Shown: positions 46,078-57,615, numbered from the stretch's first letter. The stretch is 64,000 nucleotides of DNA from Candidatus Methylomirabilota bacterium (GCA_036005065.1 DASYQW010000161.1:2898-66897), one strand, 5' to 3'. Notes: generated from the letters alone by a model not told the origin. Translations and numbers: made by a program.

Positions 46078-47033
46078 GGGCTCCGCCGGAGCAGGCGGCG
46101 ACTCAGCAGGACCACGACCGACACGAGCACCGGGAAGAAGACGATGTTCACCGCCGACCCGATCCCGAGCCGGCCGCTGACGATGGCGAAGTTGTAGGAG
46201 AAGTTGGGGACGATGTCGGTGCGGAAGGCCGGGGCGCCGTTGGTCAGGATGTGGACGGCCACCAGGCTGGTGGAGGTGAAGACGCTGGACAGCATGACGG
46301 TGACCATGAAGACGTTCTTCATGGACGGGATCGTGATGTGGCGAAAGCGCTGGAGGATGGTCGCGCCGTCCACCTCGGCCGCCTCGTAGAGCTCCTTGGG
46401 AATGGCCTGGAGCCCGGCCAGGAAGTGCATCGTGTAGAAGGGCGTCCCGTTCCAGACCACGACCGCGATGACGGCCCACATGGCCAGCCGCGGCTCGGCC
46501 AGCCAGGCCACCGGCTCGGTGAGGAGTCCCAGGCGGACGAGGACGACGTTGAGGAGCCCGTTGAACTCGTCGTAGACCCACAACCAGTTCAGCGAGGCCA
46601 GCACCGTCGGGATCGCCCAGGGCACGAACAGAATGGTGCGATAAAGGGCGTTGAAGGGGCGTTTCTCGGCGAGGACGAGGGCGGTCACCAGGCCGATGAG
46701 GAACTTCAGGACGACCGCGAAGAAGGTGTAGAAGAGCGTGTTGCAGAAGATCCGGGCGAAGTTCGGGTCGCGAGCCAGCTCCGCGTAGTTGGCCAGCCCC
46801 ACGAACCGGCCGGGCAGGCCGGCGACCTTGGACTGGAGGCTGATCCAGAGGGCGGAGAGGAATGGGTAGACGACGACGCTGCCGAGGATGAGGACGGTGG
46901 GCAGGACGAAGGCGTAGGCCAGCGCCACCTCGCTGTGCGTGAGCCGCTCCCACGCCGAGGGTCGCGGCCAGGCCAGCGCGGGACGGCGAGCGGCGGCGTC
47001 GGCGGTGGGCGCCGTGGTGCCGGGGCGGCGCAT
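46074..47033 (-). CDS. Sugar ABC transporter permease (MalF-like)
   Basis: EAA loop YEAAEVDGATILQRFRHITIPSM. Confidence 0.8.
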   Translation of the reverse strand: MRRPGTTAPTADAAARRPALAWPRPSAWERLTHSEVALAYAFVLPTVLILGSVVVYPFLSALWISLQSKVAGLPGRFVGLANYAELARDPNFARIFCNTLFYTFFAVVLKFLIGLVTALVLAEKRPFNALYRTILFVPWAIPTVLASLNWLWVYDEFNGLLNVVLVRLGLLTEPVAWLAEPRLAMWAVIAVVVWNGTPFYTMHFLAGLQAIPKELYEAAEVDGATILQRFRHITIPSMKNVFMVTVMLSSVFTSTSLVAVHILTNGAPAFRTDIVPNFSYNFAIVSGRLGIGSAVNIVFFPVLVSVVVLLSRRLLRRSP

Positions 47034-47486
47034 GGGATCGGATCCGGTCCACTCGAACTGTTCCGCGAAGGGCGCGCTTTGTCAACGCCCCTCGCTCCGC
47101 CCGGCACGTGCGCGAGGCGTGGGGCACTCCCGGTTCTCGCCGCGACGGATCGGCGGCGGTCCGTCATCGCCGGCGGATGCCATACGTGAAGTGCGAGTTC
47201 GACCAGGCCGGATCCGTCACGATGGACGGCCAGAGCGCGTCCTGGTCCGACCTCAAGGAGGGGACGAAGGTCAGGGTCTCTACGAGGTCAAGGATGGCCG
47301 TAACGTCGTGAGCCGCATCGAAAGCGTCAAGTAGTCGGTCGACGACGCGGCGTCGAGACCCCCGCAGGGGTGACGCCTCCGGGCGTCACCCCTGTTCCTT
47401 CGCCCCGACGAGACGGATGGACGCCATGCGATTCCGGAAGCAGAGGCACCAGCAGGCCAAGCAGATGGCGGGGCCCTGAGGAGGAA

Positions 47487-47890
<404 letters not shown>

Positions 47891-47954
47891 TGGCGCCGAC
47901 GAACCATTATACCGCGAGGCGCAGGAAGGAACCGTCGCGGCCCCTTCCGAGAAC

Positions 47955-48662
47955 TCAGGGCTGGTAGTAGAGGATTCGCCCGCAGGACTCGCAGGGGAGG
48001 ATCTGGCTCGACTGGCGGACCTCGTTGAAGCGCTGAGGAGTCAGGGAGATCCGGCATCCCGAGCACATACCGTTCTGGCCGACGATGGCCACGGCCAGCC
48101 CCCCGCGCCCCCGCAGGAGGCGCATGTAGTGCTGAAGGAGGTCTCGGGTGACGTCGCGGGCGAGGGACTCGCGCTCCGCGCGGACGCCAGCCAGATCGGT
48201 CTCCAGCGCCCGGAGCTCTTCGGTGGCGGCGGCCTCCTGGCGCTTGGACTCCTCCTCTTCCCGCCGGAGGCGCGCCTCGGCCTCGCCGATCTCGCGGGTC
48301 ATGCGCTCCTGGGCCTCCATGAGGGCCAGGACCTCTTCCTCGATGCGCCCCTTCTCGACCTTCAGCGACTCGATCTCGGCGAGGACGGCCGAGTACTCCT
48401 TGTTGGTCTTGACCTCGTAGAGCCTCGCCTCGCACTTGGCCCGCTGGCTGGCCTGGTAGTCCAGCTCCTTCTCCTTGGCGCGGATTTCCTTGCGCCCGAC
48501 ATCGAGCTTGGCCCGCAGGGACTCGACGGTCGACTTCGCCCGCTCGTAGGCCTCTCGGATGGCCTTGACGCGGACCGGGATCGCCTCGAGCCTCCGCTCG
48601 AGACCGCTGATGCGGGTGTCGAGGGTCTGCAGGTCGTGAAGCCGCTGAAGATCGAGATTCAT
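47955..48662 (-). CDS. Coiled-coil protein with a C-terminal C4 zinc ribbon (COG1579/DUF164-like)
   Basis: Long heptad-rich coiled coil, then CSGCRISLTPQ…CESCGRILYY. ATG 48662 chosen because the ORF-track GTG at 48680 lies inside the tRNA. Confidence 0.65.
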   Translation of the reverse strand: MNLDLQRLHDLQTLDTRISGLERRLEAIPVRVKAIREAYERAKSTVESLRAKLDVGRKEIRAKEKELDYQASQRAKCEARLYEVKTNKEYSAVLAEIESLKVEKGRIEEEVLALMEAQERMTREIGEAEARLRREEEESKRQEAAATEELRALETDLAGVRAERESLARDVTRDLLQHYMRLLRGRGGLAVAIVGQNGMCSGCRISLTPQRFNEVRQSSQILPCESCGRILYYQP

Positions 48663-48668
48663 GTCAGA

Positions 48669-48744
48669 TGGTGGGCCCACCCGGACTCGAACCAGGACCC
48701 GACCGGTTATGAGCCGGTGGCTCTGCCAGTTGAGCTATGGGCCC
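48669..48744 (-). tRNA. tRNA-Met (anticodon CAT), elongator-like (could also be tRNA-Ile2 with lysidine)
   Basis: The reverse complement GGGCCCATAGCTCAACTGGCAGAGCCACCGGCTCATAACCGGTCGGGTCCTGGTTCGAGTCCGGGTGGGCCCACCA folds as a cloverleaf: 7-bp acceptor, D-stem GCTC/GAGC, anticodon loop CTCATAA, T-arm CCTGG-TTCGAGT-CCGGG, encoded CCA. G1-C72 and no GGG/CCC in the anticodon stem argue against an initiator tRNA. Confidence 0.85.
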
Positions 48745-48854
48745 GCAATTGGCGATGCTAACAGATTTCCCGGAGCGACACAAATTCGGCTCGCCGAGTC
48801 GTGACTCCAGGGGCCGAGGACGACCCGGGGCGACGGGGCTCGGTGCCGCAGCGG

Positions 48855-50615
48855 TCACGATTCCAGGAAGCTCCTGAGCTTCTTCGACCGCGACGGGTGG
48901 CGCAGCTTGCGGAGGGCCTTGGCCTCGATCTGGCGGATCCGCTCGCGGGTCACCGCGAAGTCCTGTCCGACCTCCTCCAGCGTGTGCTCGCACCCGTCGG
49001 TGAGGCCGAAGCGCAGCCGGAGGACCTTCTCCTCGCGCGGCGTCAGCGTCGCCAGGACCTTGTTCGTCTGCTCCCGAAGGGAGAGCCCGATGATGGACTC
49101 CACCGGCGAGACGACCTGCTTGTCCTCGATGAAGTCGCCCAGGTGGCTGTCCTCCTCCTCGCCGATGGGCGTTTCCAGGCTGATCGGCTCCTGGGCGATC
49201 TTGAGGACCTTGCGCACCTTCTCCACGGGCACGTCCATCTTGACGGCGATCTCCTCGGGGGTCGGCTCGCGGCCCAGCTCCTGGACGAGCTGCCGGGAGG
49301 TCCGGATGAGCTTGTTGATCGTCTCGATCATGTGCACGGGAATCCGGATCGTCCGGGCCTGATCGGCGATGGCCCGGGTGATGGCCTGGCGGATCCACCA
49401 GGTGGCGTAGGTCGAGAACTTGTACCCACGGCGGTACTCGAACTTGTCCACGGCCTTCATGAGGCCGATGTTCCCTTCCTGGATGAGGTCGAGGAACTGG
49501 AGCCCGCGGTTGGTGTACTTCTTGGCGATGGAGATCACCAGCCGCAGGTTGGCCTCCACCATCTCCTTCTTGGCCTGGGCCGCCTTCTCCTCGCCGCCCC
49601 GGATCACCCGGACGATGCGCTTGAGCTCGTCCACCTTGGCCTCGCCGTCCGACTCGACCCGTTTGATCTTCCGCACCGCGTACCGCTTCCACCGCTCGCG
49701 GGGGGCCAGCCGGCGGTCGGCCGGGGTGTTCAGGAGGTCGAAGTCCTCGGCGTCGTCGAGCGAGGCGAAAAAGGCGTGGAACTCGTCCGGCTTCCCCTTC
49801 TCCGGATCGCCCCAGAGTCCGATCTCTCGCTCGGCCTTCTGAACCTTGGCCACCATCTGCTTGAGACGCTGGGCCAGCCGCTCGATGACGCCGGAGTTGA
49901 GGCCGATCTCCCGCAGGGTGGAGAAGATCCGCTCTTCCTTGGTCCGGACGGCGAGCTCCACCTTCTGGCGCCTCGTGTGGCGAGGGCCGTGCTTCTTCCG
50001 CTCGCGGTAGAGCGCCTGCGTCTCGCGCACCAGCCGGTCGACGAGGGCGAGGCCGGCCAGCACGTCACGGACCAGCTCGTCCTCCTTCTCCTCCACGAAG
50101 TCCTCGTCGGAGCTGTCGACGATGTCCCGCACCGCGATGCGGCCCTTCCGGAGGCCCTCCCGCAGCGCCTGGAACTCGCGCTTGGCGAGGTTCGTCCCCA
50201 TGACGGCGCGGGTGACCTCTTCCTTGCCCTCCTCGATCCGCTTGGCGAGCGCGATCTCGCCCTCGCGCGTGAGGAGGGAGACGCGCCCCATCTCGCGGAG
50301 GTACATGCGGACCGGGTCCTCGGTGCGCCCGATGGGCCCGGGCGTGAGATCGATGGGCTCCCCGCTCTCACTGGCCGCGGGCTCTTCCCGCTCGTCGATG
50401 GCGTCCTCGATCTCGGCGGGGATCCGCGCGGCCTTGGCGGAGTCCACCACTTCGATGTCCATGGCGCCGAACATCATCATGATGTCGTCGAGCTGGTCCA
50501 GGGAGACCAGGTCCGAGGGAAGGGCATCGTTCACCTCGTCGTAGGTGACGTACCCTTTCTGCTTACCCATGGAGATCAGCTTGTCCAGCTCTTCGAGCTT
50601 GGGGTCGTCACTCAT
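48855..50615 (-). CDS. rpoD: RNA polymerase primary sigma factor
   Basis: Regions 1.1-4.2 present (…[54 protein letters not shown]…). ATG 50615 with a GGGAGGA RBS; it overlaps the dnaG stop (ATGA). The ORF-track 1168-aa ORF is an open upstream extension of this frame. Confidence 0.9.
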   Translation of the reverse strand: MSDDPKLEELDKLISMGKQKGYVTYDEVNDALPSDLVSLDQLDDIMMMFGAMDIEVVDSAKAARIPAEIEDAIDEREEPAASESGEPIDLTPGPIGRTEDPVRMYLREMGRVSLLTREGEIALAKRIEEGKEEVTRAVMGTNLAKREFQALREGLRKGRIAVRDIVDSSDEDFVEEKEDELVRDVLAGLALVDRLVRETQALYRERKKHGPRHTRRQKVELAVRTKEERIFSTLREIGLNSGVIERLAQRLKQMVAKVQKAEREIGLWGDPEKGKPDEFHAFFASLDDAEDFDLLNTPADRRLAPRERWKRYAVRKIKRVESDGEAKVDELKRIVRVIRGGEEKAAQAKKEMVEANLRLVISIAKKYTNRGLQFLDLIQEGNIGLMKAVDKFEYRRGYKFSTYATWWIRQAITRAIADQARTIRIPVHMIETINKLIRTSRQLVQELGREPTPEEIAVKMDVPVEKVRKVLKIAQEPISLETPIGEEEDSHLGDFIEDKQVVSPVESIIGLSLREQTNKVLATLTPREEKVLRLRFGLTDGCEHTLEEVGQDFAVTRERIRQIEAKALRKLRHPSRSKKLRSFLES

Positions 50616-52471
50616 GGACGAACATCCTCCCTGAATTGGGATTTCGGCGCACTGGGGTCGGTCGAGAGCTCGCGGACCCGCCGCGCCTCGCCCTGGAGGG
50701 CCAGCTGCAGGTCCTCCACTCCGGTGCCACCGGCAGCCTGGACCTGGGCGATGGCTTGACTGATCTCGCGGATGCGACGCAGATGACGGCGACGCTCCAG
50801 GCGTCGCCGCAAGTCGTCGATGAGGGTCGCCACGGGATCGGGCCAGGTCCGCTCCTCGACCAGCAACCGGGACAGGAGCGCGCGCTCGGGCTCGCCCGGC
50901 AGCTGTTGCACCAGGGCCGCCGGACTGGCGTCCGGATGGGCCTCGAGGCCGACCAGGATCGCGCGGAGCGCGGCGTGGGCGAGGTCCTGCGGATTGGCCA
51001 GGGGGGCCAGCTCCGTGCGCGCCTCCGGAACCTGCACCAGCAGCTGGACCAGATCGCGCTCGAACGAGCCGGGCGGAGCCGGGGGCGCCCCGGGAGCGGC
51101 CGGCGGGACCGGACGTCGCACCGCCGCCCCGAGGCGCTGGGCCTGGTTCCACAGGTCGCTCGGGTCGATGCCGAGGCGGCGGGCGGCCTCGCGACCGAGC
51201 TCGATCGCCTCGTCGGCGTCCTGGACTTTGGAGAGCAGGAGCGCGATCCGCGCCACCCCCGTCGTCTTGCCCCGCGGGCTGGTGGTGTCTTCCTCCGCGA
51301 AGATCCGGTCGATCGCGAACAGGAGGAGGTTGCGGGCCGCCGCGCACCGCGCCTCGAAGGCCTCCCGCCCCTCCTGCCGCAGGAAGGTGTCGGGATCGTG
51401 CCCGGCGCTGAGCGTCGCCACCTTGAGGCGGAGCCCGCTCTTGGCCAGCGTGTTCGGCTTCCGGTCGAGCGCCCACCAGTGAGGGTCGGCCGAGTGCTCC
51501 AGGAGCTCTTCGGCCCGGCGGGCGGCGTCGATGCCGGCCCGGTCGGCGTCGAAGAAGAGCACGACCTCGTCCGCGTACCGCCGGAGGAGGCCGAGGTGGT
51601 GGGGCGTCAGCGCCGTCCCGAGGACCGCGACGGTCTCCCCGAAGCCGTGCTGGTGCGCCATCAGGCAGTCGATGTAGCCTTCGACCAGGAGCGCGCGCCG
51701 GGAGACCGCCATCCGCTCCCGCGCGAGATGGAGCGCGTAGAGGGTCTGACCCTTCTGGTAGAGGGGGGTCTCGGGGGAGTTGAGATACTTCGGCTCTTCG
51801 CCGCCGAGAGCGCGGCCGCCGAAGGCGATCACGCGCCCCTGGCTGTCGGCGATGGGGAAGATGAGCCGGCCACGGAACCGGTCGTAGTGACCGCTCCCGG
51901 TCTGGCGAACCAGGACGAGCCCGGCTCCCACCAGCGCGTCGGCGCCGAACCCCTCGGCGCGCGCCGCCGAGAGGAGGTGGTCCCACCCCTCGGGGGCGTA
52001 GCCGAGCCGAAACGTGCGCGCCACCTCGAGGGCGATGCCGCGCTCGGCCAGATACCCCCGCGCCCGCTGGGCGTCGTCCCTGTCCCAGAGCCACGTCTCG
52101 TATCGGTGCGCGGTCCACTCCACCAGGCGATAGAGCGCTTCGCGGGCGCCTGTCTCGGCCCGCGCCCCCGGCTCCGCGCGCGATGGGAGCGCGACCCCGG
52201 TCCGCTCGGCGAGGAGCCGCACGGCCTCGGGGAACTCGAGCCGGTCGTGCCGCTTGAGGAACTCGAAGGCGTCCCCGCCGGCGTGACAGCCGAAGCAGTG
52301 GAAGATGCCGAGCTTCGGGTTGACCGTGAACGAGGGCGTCTTCTCCTGATGGAAGGGACACAGGCCCTTCCAGCGCTCGCCGGCCCGCTTGAGGGGCACG
52401 TAGCTCCCGATGAGGTCCACGAGGTCGACGCGGGTCCGGATGTCATCGAGCACATCGGACGGCACCATCAT
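50612..52471 (-). CDS. dnaG: DNA primase
   Basis: Zinc-binding domain [25 protein letters not shown], a TOPRIM domain, and a C-terminal helicase-interaction region. ATG(ATG) at 52471; the ORF-track start at 52675 adds a low-complexity extension. Confidence 0.85.
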   Translation of the reverse strand: MMVPSDVLDDIRTRVDLVDLIGSYVPLKRAGERWKGLCPFHQEKTPSFTVNPKLGIFHCFGCHAGGDAFEFLKRHDRLEFPEAVRLLAERTGVALPSRAEPGARAETGAREALYRLVEWTAHRYETWLWDRDDAQRARGYLAERGIALEVARTFRLGYAPEGWDHLLSAARAEGFGADALVGAGLVLVRQTGSGHYDRFRGRLIFPIADSQGRVIAFGGRALGGEEPKYLNSPETPLYQKGQTLYALHLARERMAVSRRALLVEGYIDCLMAHQHGFGETVAVLGTALTPHHLGLLRRYADEVVLFFDADRAGIDAARRAEELLEHSADPHWWALDRKPNTLAKSGLRLKVATLSAGHDPDTFLRQEGREAFEARCAAARNLLLFAIDRIFAEEDTTSPRGKTTGVARIALLLSKVQDADEAIELGREAARRLGIDPSDLWNQAQRLGAAVRRPVPPAAPGAPPAPPGSFERDLVQLLVQVPEARTELAPLANPQDLAHAALRAILVGLEAHPDASPAALVQQLPGEPERALLSRLLVEERTWPDPVATLIDDLRRRLERRRHLRRIREISQAIAQVQAAGGTGVEDLQLALQGEARRVRELSTDPSAPKSQFREDVRP

Positions 52472-52529
52472 GGGCGTCTCGCCTCGCCATCGCCCGACCC
52501 ACCGCTCGGGTCTCGGCCCGGGAAGCTCA

Positions 52530-54884
52530 TCAGTCGCGCCGACCTTCCACCAGCTCGACCACCGTGGCGCCGGCCCCGCCCTCCCCGGGCCTGCCCGCCC
52601 GGAAGGCGCTGACCAGGGGATGCGCGCGCAGGCACGCCTCGACGGCGCGCTTGAGCGCCCCCGTCCCCTTGCCATGGACGACGCGCACCGTGTCGTGGCC
52701 GGCCAGGACCGCGTCGTCCAGGAACTTCTCGACGGCGACGCGCGCCTCGTCGGTGGTCCACCCGAGCAGGTGGAGCTCGCGAGGCACGTCGTGCCGCTCG
52801 GGCACCGAGATGGCGGGTGTCCGGGCGCGGCCCCGGGCGGCCGGCGCCGACTCGACCTCGCTCCGCGGCACCCGGACGGTGAGGCTCCCGGCTTGCACCG
52901 TGACGAGGCCGGCGTCTTCGGCGACGATGCGGCCCCGGAGCCCGAGGCCCCGCAGGCGGACCTCGCCCGGCTCGGCGTCGACCCGCGAGGCCTCCGCGGG
53001 CTCGGTCGGCGGCGCCGGCAGCTCGGCCTCGGCGCTGCGGAGGCGATGGTAGGCTTCCTGCGCCCGCCGCCGCGTGGCCTCCTCGGTCTTCAGCCGGTCG
53101 AGCTCTTGCCCCACGCGTCGGCGCGCATCGCCGAGCAGGGCGCGCGCCTCGGCGTGAGCGCTCCGGCGCACGCCGGCTGCCTCCGCTTCGGCCTGGGCCA
53201 GGGCGCGCCGGGCGTGGTCGAGAGCCGCGGCCGCCTCGGCCTCGCGGCGCGCGGCATCGGCCACCCGGGTCTCGGCCTCGCGCTCGCGTGTCGCGAGGTC
53301 GGCCAGGAGCGTCTCGATGCGCCGGCTGGCCTCCGAGAGGTGCGCGCGCGAGCGCGCGATGACAGTCGACGGCAGGCCCAGCCGCTCGCCGATGGTCAGC
53401 GCGTAGCTCGGCCCGGGACGCCCGTACTCGAGGCGGAAGGTCGGCGCGAGCCGCTCGGCGTCGAAGGCGACGCTGGCGTTCTCGAGACGAGGCTCCAGCT
53501 GGGCGAAGACCTTCAACGGCTCCAGGTGAGTGGTGGCGATCACGCGGGCGCCCCGGTCGAGGAGTGCCTCGACGAGGGCCGCCCCGAGCGCCGCGCCCTC
53601 GGCGGGATCGGTGCCCGCCCCCAGCTCGTCGAGCAGCACGAGCGAGCGGGAGGTGGCGGCATCGAGGATGTCGCGCAGCTGGCGCACGAAGGAGGAAAAG
53701 GTCGAGAGGTTCTGGGCAAGGCTTTGGTCGTCCCCGATCACCGCGAAGACCCGATCGCAGAGCGGGAGGCGGCTGCCTGGCTCGACCGGCAGGTGACACC
53801 CCGCCTGGGCCATCAGGACGAGGAGCCCGGCCGTCTCCAGGGCCACTGTCTTGCCGCCGGCGTTGGGTCCGGTGATGAGGAGGCCGGGACGCTCGGCCGG
53901 CACTCGAACGTCCACGGGCACGACCGGGCTGCCCCCCTCCCACTGCTGCAGGACGAGCAGGGGATGCCGGGCCCCCCGCAGGTCGAGGTCGCCGCCGTCC
54001 TGGACCTCGGGCGCGGTGGCGCCGAGCCGCTCGGCGAGACCCGCCCGCGCGAACGCGAGGTCGACCGTGGCGAGCCCCTCGACGGTCAGGTCGAGCTCAC
54101 CGAGGTGGCGGCACACCCGACGCGTGAGCTCGCGCAGGAGCCGCGCCTCCTCGTCGCGCTCCTCGAGGCCGCGCTGGGTGAGCTGGTTGTTCAGCTCGAT
54201 GACCTCCTCGGGCTCGATGAAGAGGGTCGCCCCGCTCCCGGAGCGATCGTGGACGATGCCGCGGATCGCTCGCCGGGCGTCACCGCGGACCGGCAGCACG
54301 TACCGGCCGTTGCGGACGGTGATGTACCGCTCCTGGAGCGCCGGGGCCACGGTCGGCCGATCGAGGAGCCCTTCGAGCCGGGCCTGGAGCTCGGCCCGGA
54401 GCGTGGCGATCTGGCGCCGGATGGTCCGCAGCCGCGGGCTGGCGCGGTCGAGCAGACGGCCCTCGGCATCGAGGTCGTGGGCGAGCGCGGCCGCCAGGTC
54501 GGGACAGGCCGGAACCCGCCGGCACCGCTCACTGATGGTCGGGGCGACGTGGGCGACACGCCGGCCGTAGTCATGGAGGCGCTCGGCGGCGGCGAGGGTC
54601 CGTCCGAGGGCGACGAGCGCGGCGCCCTCGAGCGCGGCGCCGTCGGGAGCCGCCTCGGCCAGCGCGGGCCGGATGTCGCTCACCCCGTCCCACGGAGGGT
54701 CGCCCTCGCAGGTGAGGGCGGCTCGCGTCTCTCCGGTTTCCTGAAGGGCGGCCTGGATGACCGTCAGCGTGTCACTCGGCGCGAGCACCAGCGCGCGCTC
54801 GCGCCCGAGGGGGGTCACAGCGAAGCGGGCCAGAAACGCGCGAAATGCCTCCCAGCCGAGAACGTCCCCGGGGGTCAACTCCAC
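52530..54884 (-). CDS. mutS2: Endonuclease MutS2 (MutS domain plus C-terminal Smr)
   Basis: Walker A GPNAGGKT and a C-terminal Smr domain (LHLLGWTTDEARVAVEKFLDDAVLAGHDTVRVVHGKGTGALK). Confidence 0.85.
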   Translation of the reverse strand: MELTPGDVLGWEAFRAFLARFAVTPLGRERALVLAPSDTLTVIQAALQETGETRAALTCEGDPPWDGVSDIRPALAEAAPDGAALEGAALVALGRTLAAAERLHDYGRRVAHVAPTISERCRRVPACPDLAAALAHDLDAEGRLLDRASPRLRTIRRQIATLRAELQARLEGLLDRPTVAPALQERYITVRNGRYVLPVRGDARRAIRGIVHDRSGSGATLFIEPEEVIELNNQLTQRGLEERDEEARLLRELTRRVCRHLGELDLTVEGLATVDLAFARAGLAERLGATAPEVQDGGDLDLRGARHPLLVLQQWEGGSPVVPVDVRVPAERPGLLITGPNAGGKTVALETAGLLVLMAQAGCHLPVEPGSRLPLCDRVFAVIGDDQSLAQNLSTFSSFVRQLRDILDAATSRSLVLLDELGAGTDPAEGAALGAALVEALLDRGARVIATTHLEPLKVFAQLEPRLENASVAFDAERLAPTFRLEYGRPGPSYALTIGERLGLPSTVIARSRAHLSEASRRIETLLADLATREREAETRVADAARREAEAAAALDHARRALAQAEAEAAGVRRSAHAEARALLGDARRRVGQELDRLKTEEATRRRAQEAYHRLRSAEAELPAPPTEPAEASRVDAEPGEVRLRGLGLRGRIVAEDAGLVTVQAGSLTVRVPRSEVESAPAARGRARTPAISVPERHDVPRELHLLGWTTDEARVAVEKFLDDAVLAGHDTVRVVHGKGTGALKRAVEACLRAHPLVSAFRAGRPGEGGAGATVVELVEGRRD

Positions 54885-54900
54885 CTCGACGGGCGCGAGC

Positions 54901-55095
54901 TCAGTCCGAGTATCGCTCCCGCCGCTTGGCTTTCTTGCGTGCCGCCAGCGCCTTGCGCTTCCGCCGAACGCTGGGCTTCTCGTAGTGCTGGCGCTTCTTG
55001 AGCTCGGAGAGAAGGCCGGCCTTCTCGCACTGCTTCTTGAAGCGTTTGAGCGCGCTCTCGAAGGACTCGTCTGGTTCTACGATGACCTTCGTCAA
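54901..55095 (-). CDS. rpsU: 30S ribosomal protein S21
   Basis: …[62 protein letters not shown] start at 55095 with an AAGGGGGG RBS gives 64 aa; the upstream ATG at 55173 would add 26 non-conserved residues. Confidence 0.7.
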   Translation of the reverse strand: MTKVIVEPDESFESALKRFKKQCEKAGLLSELKKRQHYEKPSVRRKRKALAARKKAKRRERYSD

Positions 55096-55244
55096 CTCGC
55101 GGTTCCCCCCTTCCCTCCGACGCTCGACCGGATAAACGTTTAGTTTATACCACAATCCCCCCACCCTGTCCATTGCGGGACACCCGGATCTCAGCCCTTG
55201 GTGGGAAAGCCTCTCGGCGAAGGGGGCGCGCCCTCATGCGTGAC

Positions 55245-55345
55245 CGCCGACCACCCGCATGGTCGCTCCGAGCAGCGGCTTTTGTCGCCGCCACGATTCC
55301 TGGGGGAGGCTTCGGAGGGGGTGTTCCAACACCCCTCCGATCTCT
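55245..55345 (-). repeat. Double-hairpin intergenic repeat, subfamily 2, copy E (inverted), beginning at the TGA stop of pth
   Basis: The reverse complement TGAGAGATCGGAGGGGTGTTGGAACACCCCCTCCGAAGCCTCCCCCAGGAATCGTGGCGGCGACAAAAGCCGCTGCTCGGAGCGACCATGC is collinear with copy C. Confidence 0.5.
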
Positions 55346-55899
55346 CACGCGTCCCGCGCCGGCGGGGAGGCCGCCAGCCGGAGCACCGCGTCCGCGGCCT
55401 GCTCGAGGATGACCGGGAGCGCCTCTCGCTCGGCCGAGTCGAAGCCGGCCAGCACCCAGTCGACCACTTCGTCCTTGGTGTCGGGTCGGCCAACGCCCAC
55501 CTTGACCCGCCGGAATCCCTCGGTGCCGAGGGCGTCGATGAGCGAGCGCACCCCATTGTGCCCGCCATGGCGACCCTTGTGGCGAATGCGCACCCGGCCG
55601 AACGGAAGGTCGATGTCGTCGTGGACCACGATCAGGGTCGTCGGGTCGAGCCCGAGGTCGCGGAGGAGCCGCGCCACCCCCGGCCCGACGACGTTCATGA
55701 AGGTGACGGGCTTGGCGAGATGGAGCGGCGCGCCGTTCCACGTCGTCTCCGCGAGGACGGCCGGCCCCCGGAGTCGAAAGCGACCACCCAACCGCTGGGC
55801 CAGGCGATCGAGGACCGCCTGGCCCACGTTGTGCCGCGTGTCCTGGTAGGCCGGGCCCGGATTGCCGAGGCCGACGACCAGCTGCGGAACCGACGGCAC
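55345..55899 (-). CDS. pth: Peptidyl-tRNA hydrolase
   Basis: LVVGLGNPGPAY…RHNVGQ…HDDIDLPFGRVRIRHKGRHGGHNG. Confidence 0.85.
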   Translation of the reverse strand: MPSVPQLVVGLGNPGPAYQDTRHNVGQAVLDRLAQRLGGRFRLRGPAVLAETTWNGAPLHLAKPVTFMNVVGPGVARLLRDLGLDPTTLIVVHDDIDLPFGRVRIRHKGRHGGHNGVRSLIDALGTEGFRRVKVGVGRPDTKDEVVDWVLAGFDSAEREALPVILEQAADAVLRLAASPPARDA

Positions 55900-55953
55900 C
55901 GTGGTGGTCTCTGGCGGCCGTCCCGGGGTCGGCGTCCGAGCACCCGGCGGGCG

Positions 55954-56661
55954 CTACTTTTCCTTTTCCTTCTTCGCTCTCGGCTCGGCCTTGGCCTCGG
56001 GCTTTCCCGCCTCCTCTTCTTTGCCTTCCTCCGGCTTGCGCTCGGTGACGACCTCGGGCTCCGCCGCCGGAGCCGCCGTCGGCGCCGCAACCTCCTCGGC
56101 CATGGGCGGCGAGACGGTGACGACGGGCTGGGTGGAGGGCGTGGTCACCCGGACGCCCTCCGGCGGTCTCAGGTCGGCGACCGTGAGGACGTCGTGGATG
56201 CGGAGGGCCGAGACATCGACGTCGAGCCGCTCGGGAATGAGCGAGGGAAGGCACGCCACGGCCACGGTGCGGAGGAGGACGGCGAGGACCCCGCTCTGCT
56301 CCTTGACCCCGGCCGCTTCGCCGATCACATGGATCGGGACCTCGACGGTGATCTCCTCGTCCATGCGGACGGCCTGGAGGTCGACATGGAGGAGTGTCTC
56401 GCGAACGGGATCGAACTGGAGGTCGCGCACGACGGCCGTCCGGGCGTCCGGCTCGCCGAGCAGGCGCAGGTTCACCAGCACGCCGCCCCCGGCGTGGGCG
56501 TGGAGGACCCGCTGCACGTCCTTGGGCGACACCGAGAGCGGCAGGGGTTCGGAACGGGCGCCGTAGAGAATGGCGGGAATCAGCCCGCGCCGCCGCAGGC
56601 GCCGGGCCGCCTCCTTGCCGCGGCTGTCGCGGCGCTCCACCGTGAGCTCACGAATTTCCAT
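55954..56661 (-). CDS. rplY: 50S ribosomal protein L25 / general stress protein Ctc
   Basis: L25 N-terminal domain (RDSRGKEAARRLRRRGLIPAILYG) plus a Ctc-type C-terminal extension with an Ala/Pro/Glu/Lys-rich tail. Confidence 0.8.
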   Translation of the reverse strand: MEIRELTVERRDSRGKEAARRLRRRGLIPAILYGARSEPLPLSVSPKDVQRVLHAHAGGGVLVNLRLLGEPDARTAVVRDLQFDPVRETLLHVDLQAVRMDEEITVEVPIHVIGEAAGVKEQSGVLAVLLRTVAVACLPSLIPERLDVDVSALRIHDVLTVADLRPPEGVRVTTPSTQPVVTVSPPMAEEVAAPTAAPAAEPEVVTERKPEEGKEEEAGKPEAKAEPRAKKEKEK

Positions 56662-56676
56662 GACCGGACTCCCTCA

Positions 56677-57615
56677 TCACACGAATAGCGTGGACACGGA
56701 CTCCTCGTCGTGAATGCGTCGGATCGCCTCCGCCAGGAGCGGAGCCACCGAGAGGACCGTGATCTTGGGATGCTGCTTGTCCTTGGCCAGCGGGATCGAG
56801 TTGGTCACGACGACTTCGTCGATCGGGGCCCGTTCGAGTCGCGCCATCGCCGGCCCCGACAGGACCGGGTGGACGCCGCAGGCGAAGATGCGGTGGGCCC
56901 CCTCGCGCTCGAGGGCGTCAGCCGCCTGGACCAGCGTCCCGGCGGTGTCGATCATGTCGTCGATGATCAGGACGTCGCGCCCCTTGACGTCGCCGATCAG
57001 GCGCATGAACACCGAGACATTGGCGCTTTCCCGCCGCTTGTCGATGATCGCCAGGCCGGCGTAGAGCCGCTTGGCGATGGCCCGGGCTCGCTCCACGCCG
57101 CCGGCGTCGGGGGAGACGACCACCAGGTCCGTCCAGCCCCGCTGGGCGACGTAGTCGATGATGACCGGGGCGGCGAAGAGATGATCCACGGGAATGTCGA
57201 AGAAGCCCTGGATCTGGCCCGCGTGGAGATCGATCGCCAGCAGGCGCTGGGCGCCGGCGACGGTCAGCAGATCGGCCACGAGCTTCGCGGAGATCGGGAC
57301 ACGGGGCTGCACCTTGCGGTCCTGGCGCGCGTACCCGTAGTAGGGGAGCACGGCGGTGATGCGCTGGGCGGAGGCCCGCTTGAAGGCGTCGAGCATCACC
57401 AGGAGCTCCATGAGGTTGTCGTTGACCGGCGGGCAGGTGGGCTGGACGACGAACACGTCCGTTCCGCGGACGTTCTCGTCGATCTGCACGAACACCTCGC
57501 CGTCCGAGAACCGCGCCACCTCGGCCTGACCCAGCGGGACGCCGAGCATCGCCGCGATCTCTTCGGCCAGGGCCCGGTGGGCATTGCCCGAGAAGAGCTT
57601 CAGCTCGTACGGCAT
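56677..57615 (-). CDS. prs: Ribose-phosphate pyrophosphokinase
   Basis: [17 protein letters not shown]… with a PRPP-binding motif [16 protein letters not shown]…[14 protein letters not shown]. Confidence 0.9.
   Translation of the reverse strand: MPYELKLFSGNAHRALAEEIAAMLGVPLGQAEVARFSDGEVFVQIDENVRGTDVFVVQPTCPPVNDNLMELLVMLDAFKRASAQRITAVLPYYGYARQDRKVQPRVPISAKLVADLLTVAGAQRLLAIDLHAGQIQGFFDIPVDHLFAAPVIIDYVAQRGWTDLVVVSPDAGGVERARAIAKRLYAGLAIIDKRRESANVSVFMRLIGDVKGRDVLIIDDMIDTAGTLVQAADALEREGAHRIFACGVHPVLSGPAMARLERAPIDEVVVTNSIPLAKDKQHPKITVLSVAPLLAEAIRRIHDEESVSTLFV

Noticed and set aside
47108-47311. Short ORFs between malF and rnpB (47108..47311, 47370..47600) as candidate small proteins
   Set aside because: They have no RBS or motifs. 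47370..47600 lies on the opposite strand from rnpB across 47487..47600, and the rest of the region is probably promoter/leader.
48669-48744. Initiator tRNA-fMet assignment
   Set aside because: Position 1-72 is a G-C pair and the anticodon stem lacks the three consecutive G-C pairs characteristic of initiator tRNA. I called it elongator Met (or possibly tRNA-Ile2-CAT), which cannot be resolved by eye.
48855-52361. 1168-aa ORF suggesting a giant protein
   Set aside because: It is rpoD (48855..50615) plus an open upstream extension. dnaG occupies a different frame across 50612..52471 and has clear primase motifs.
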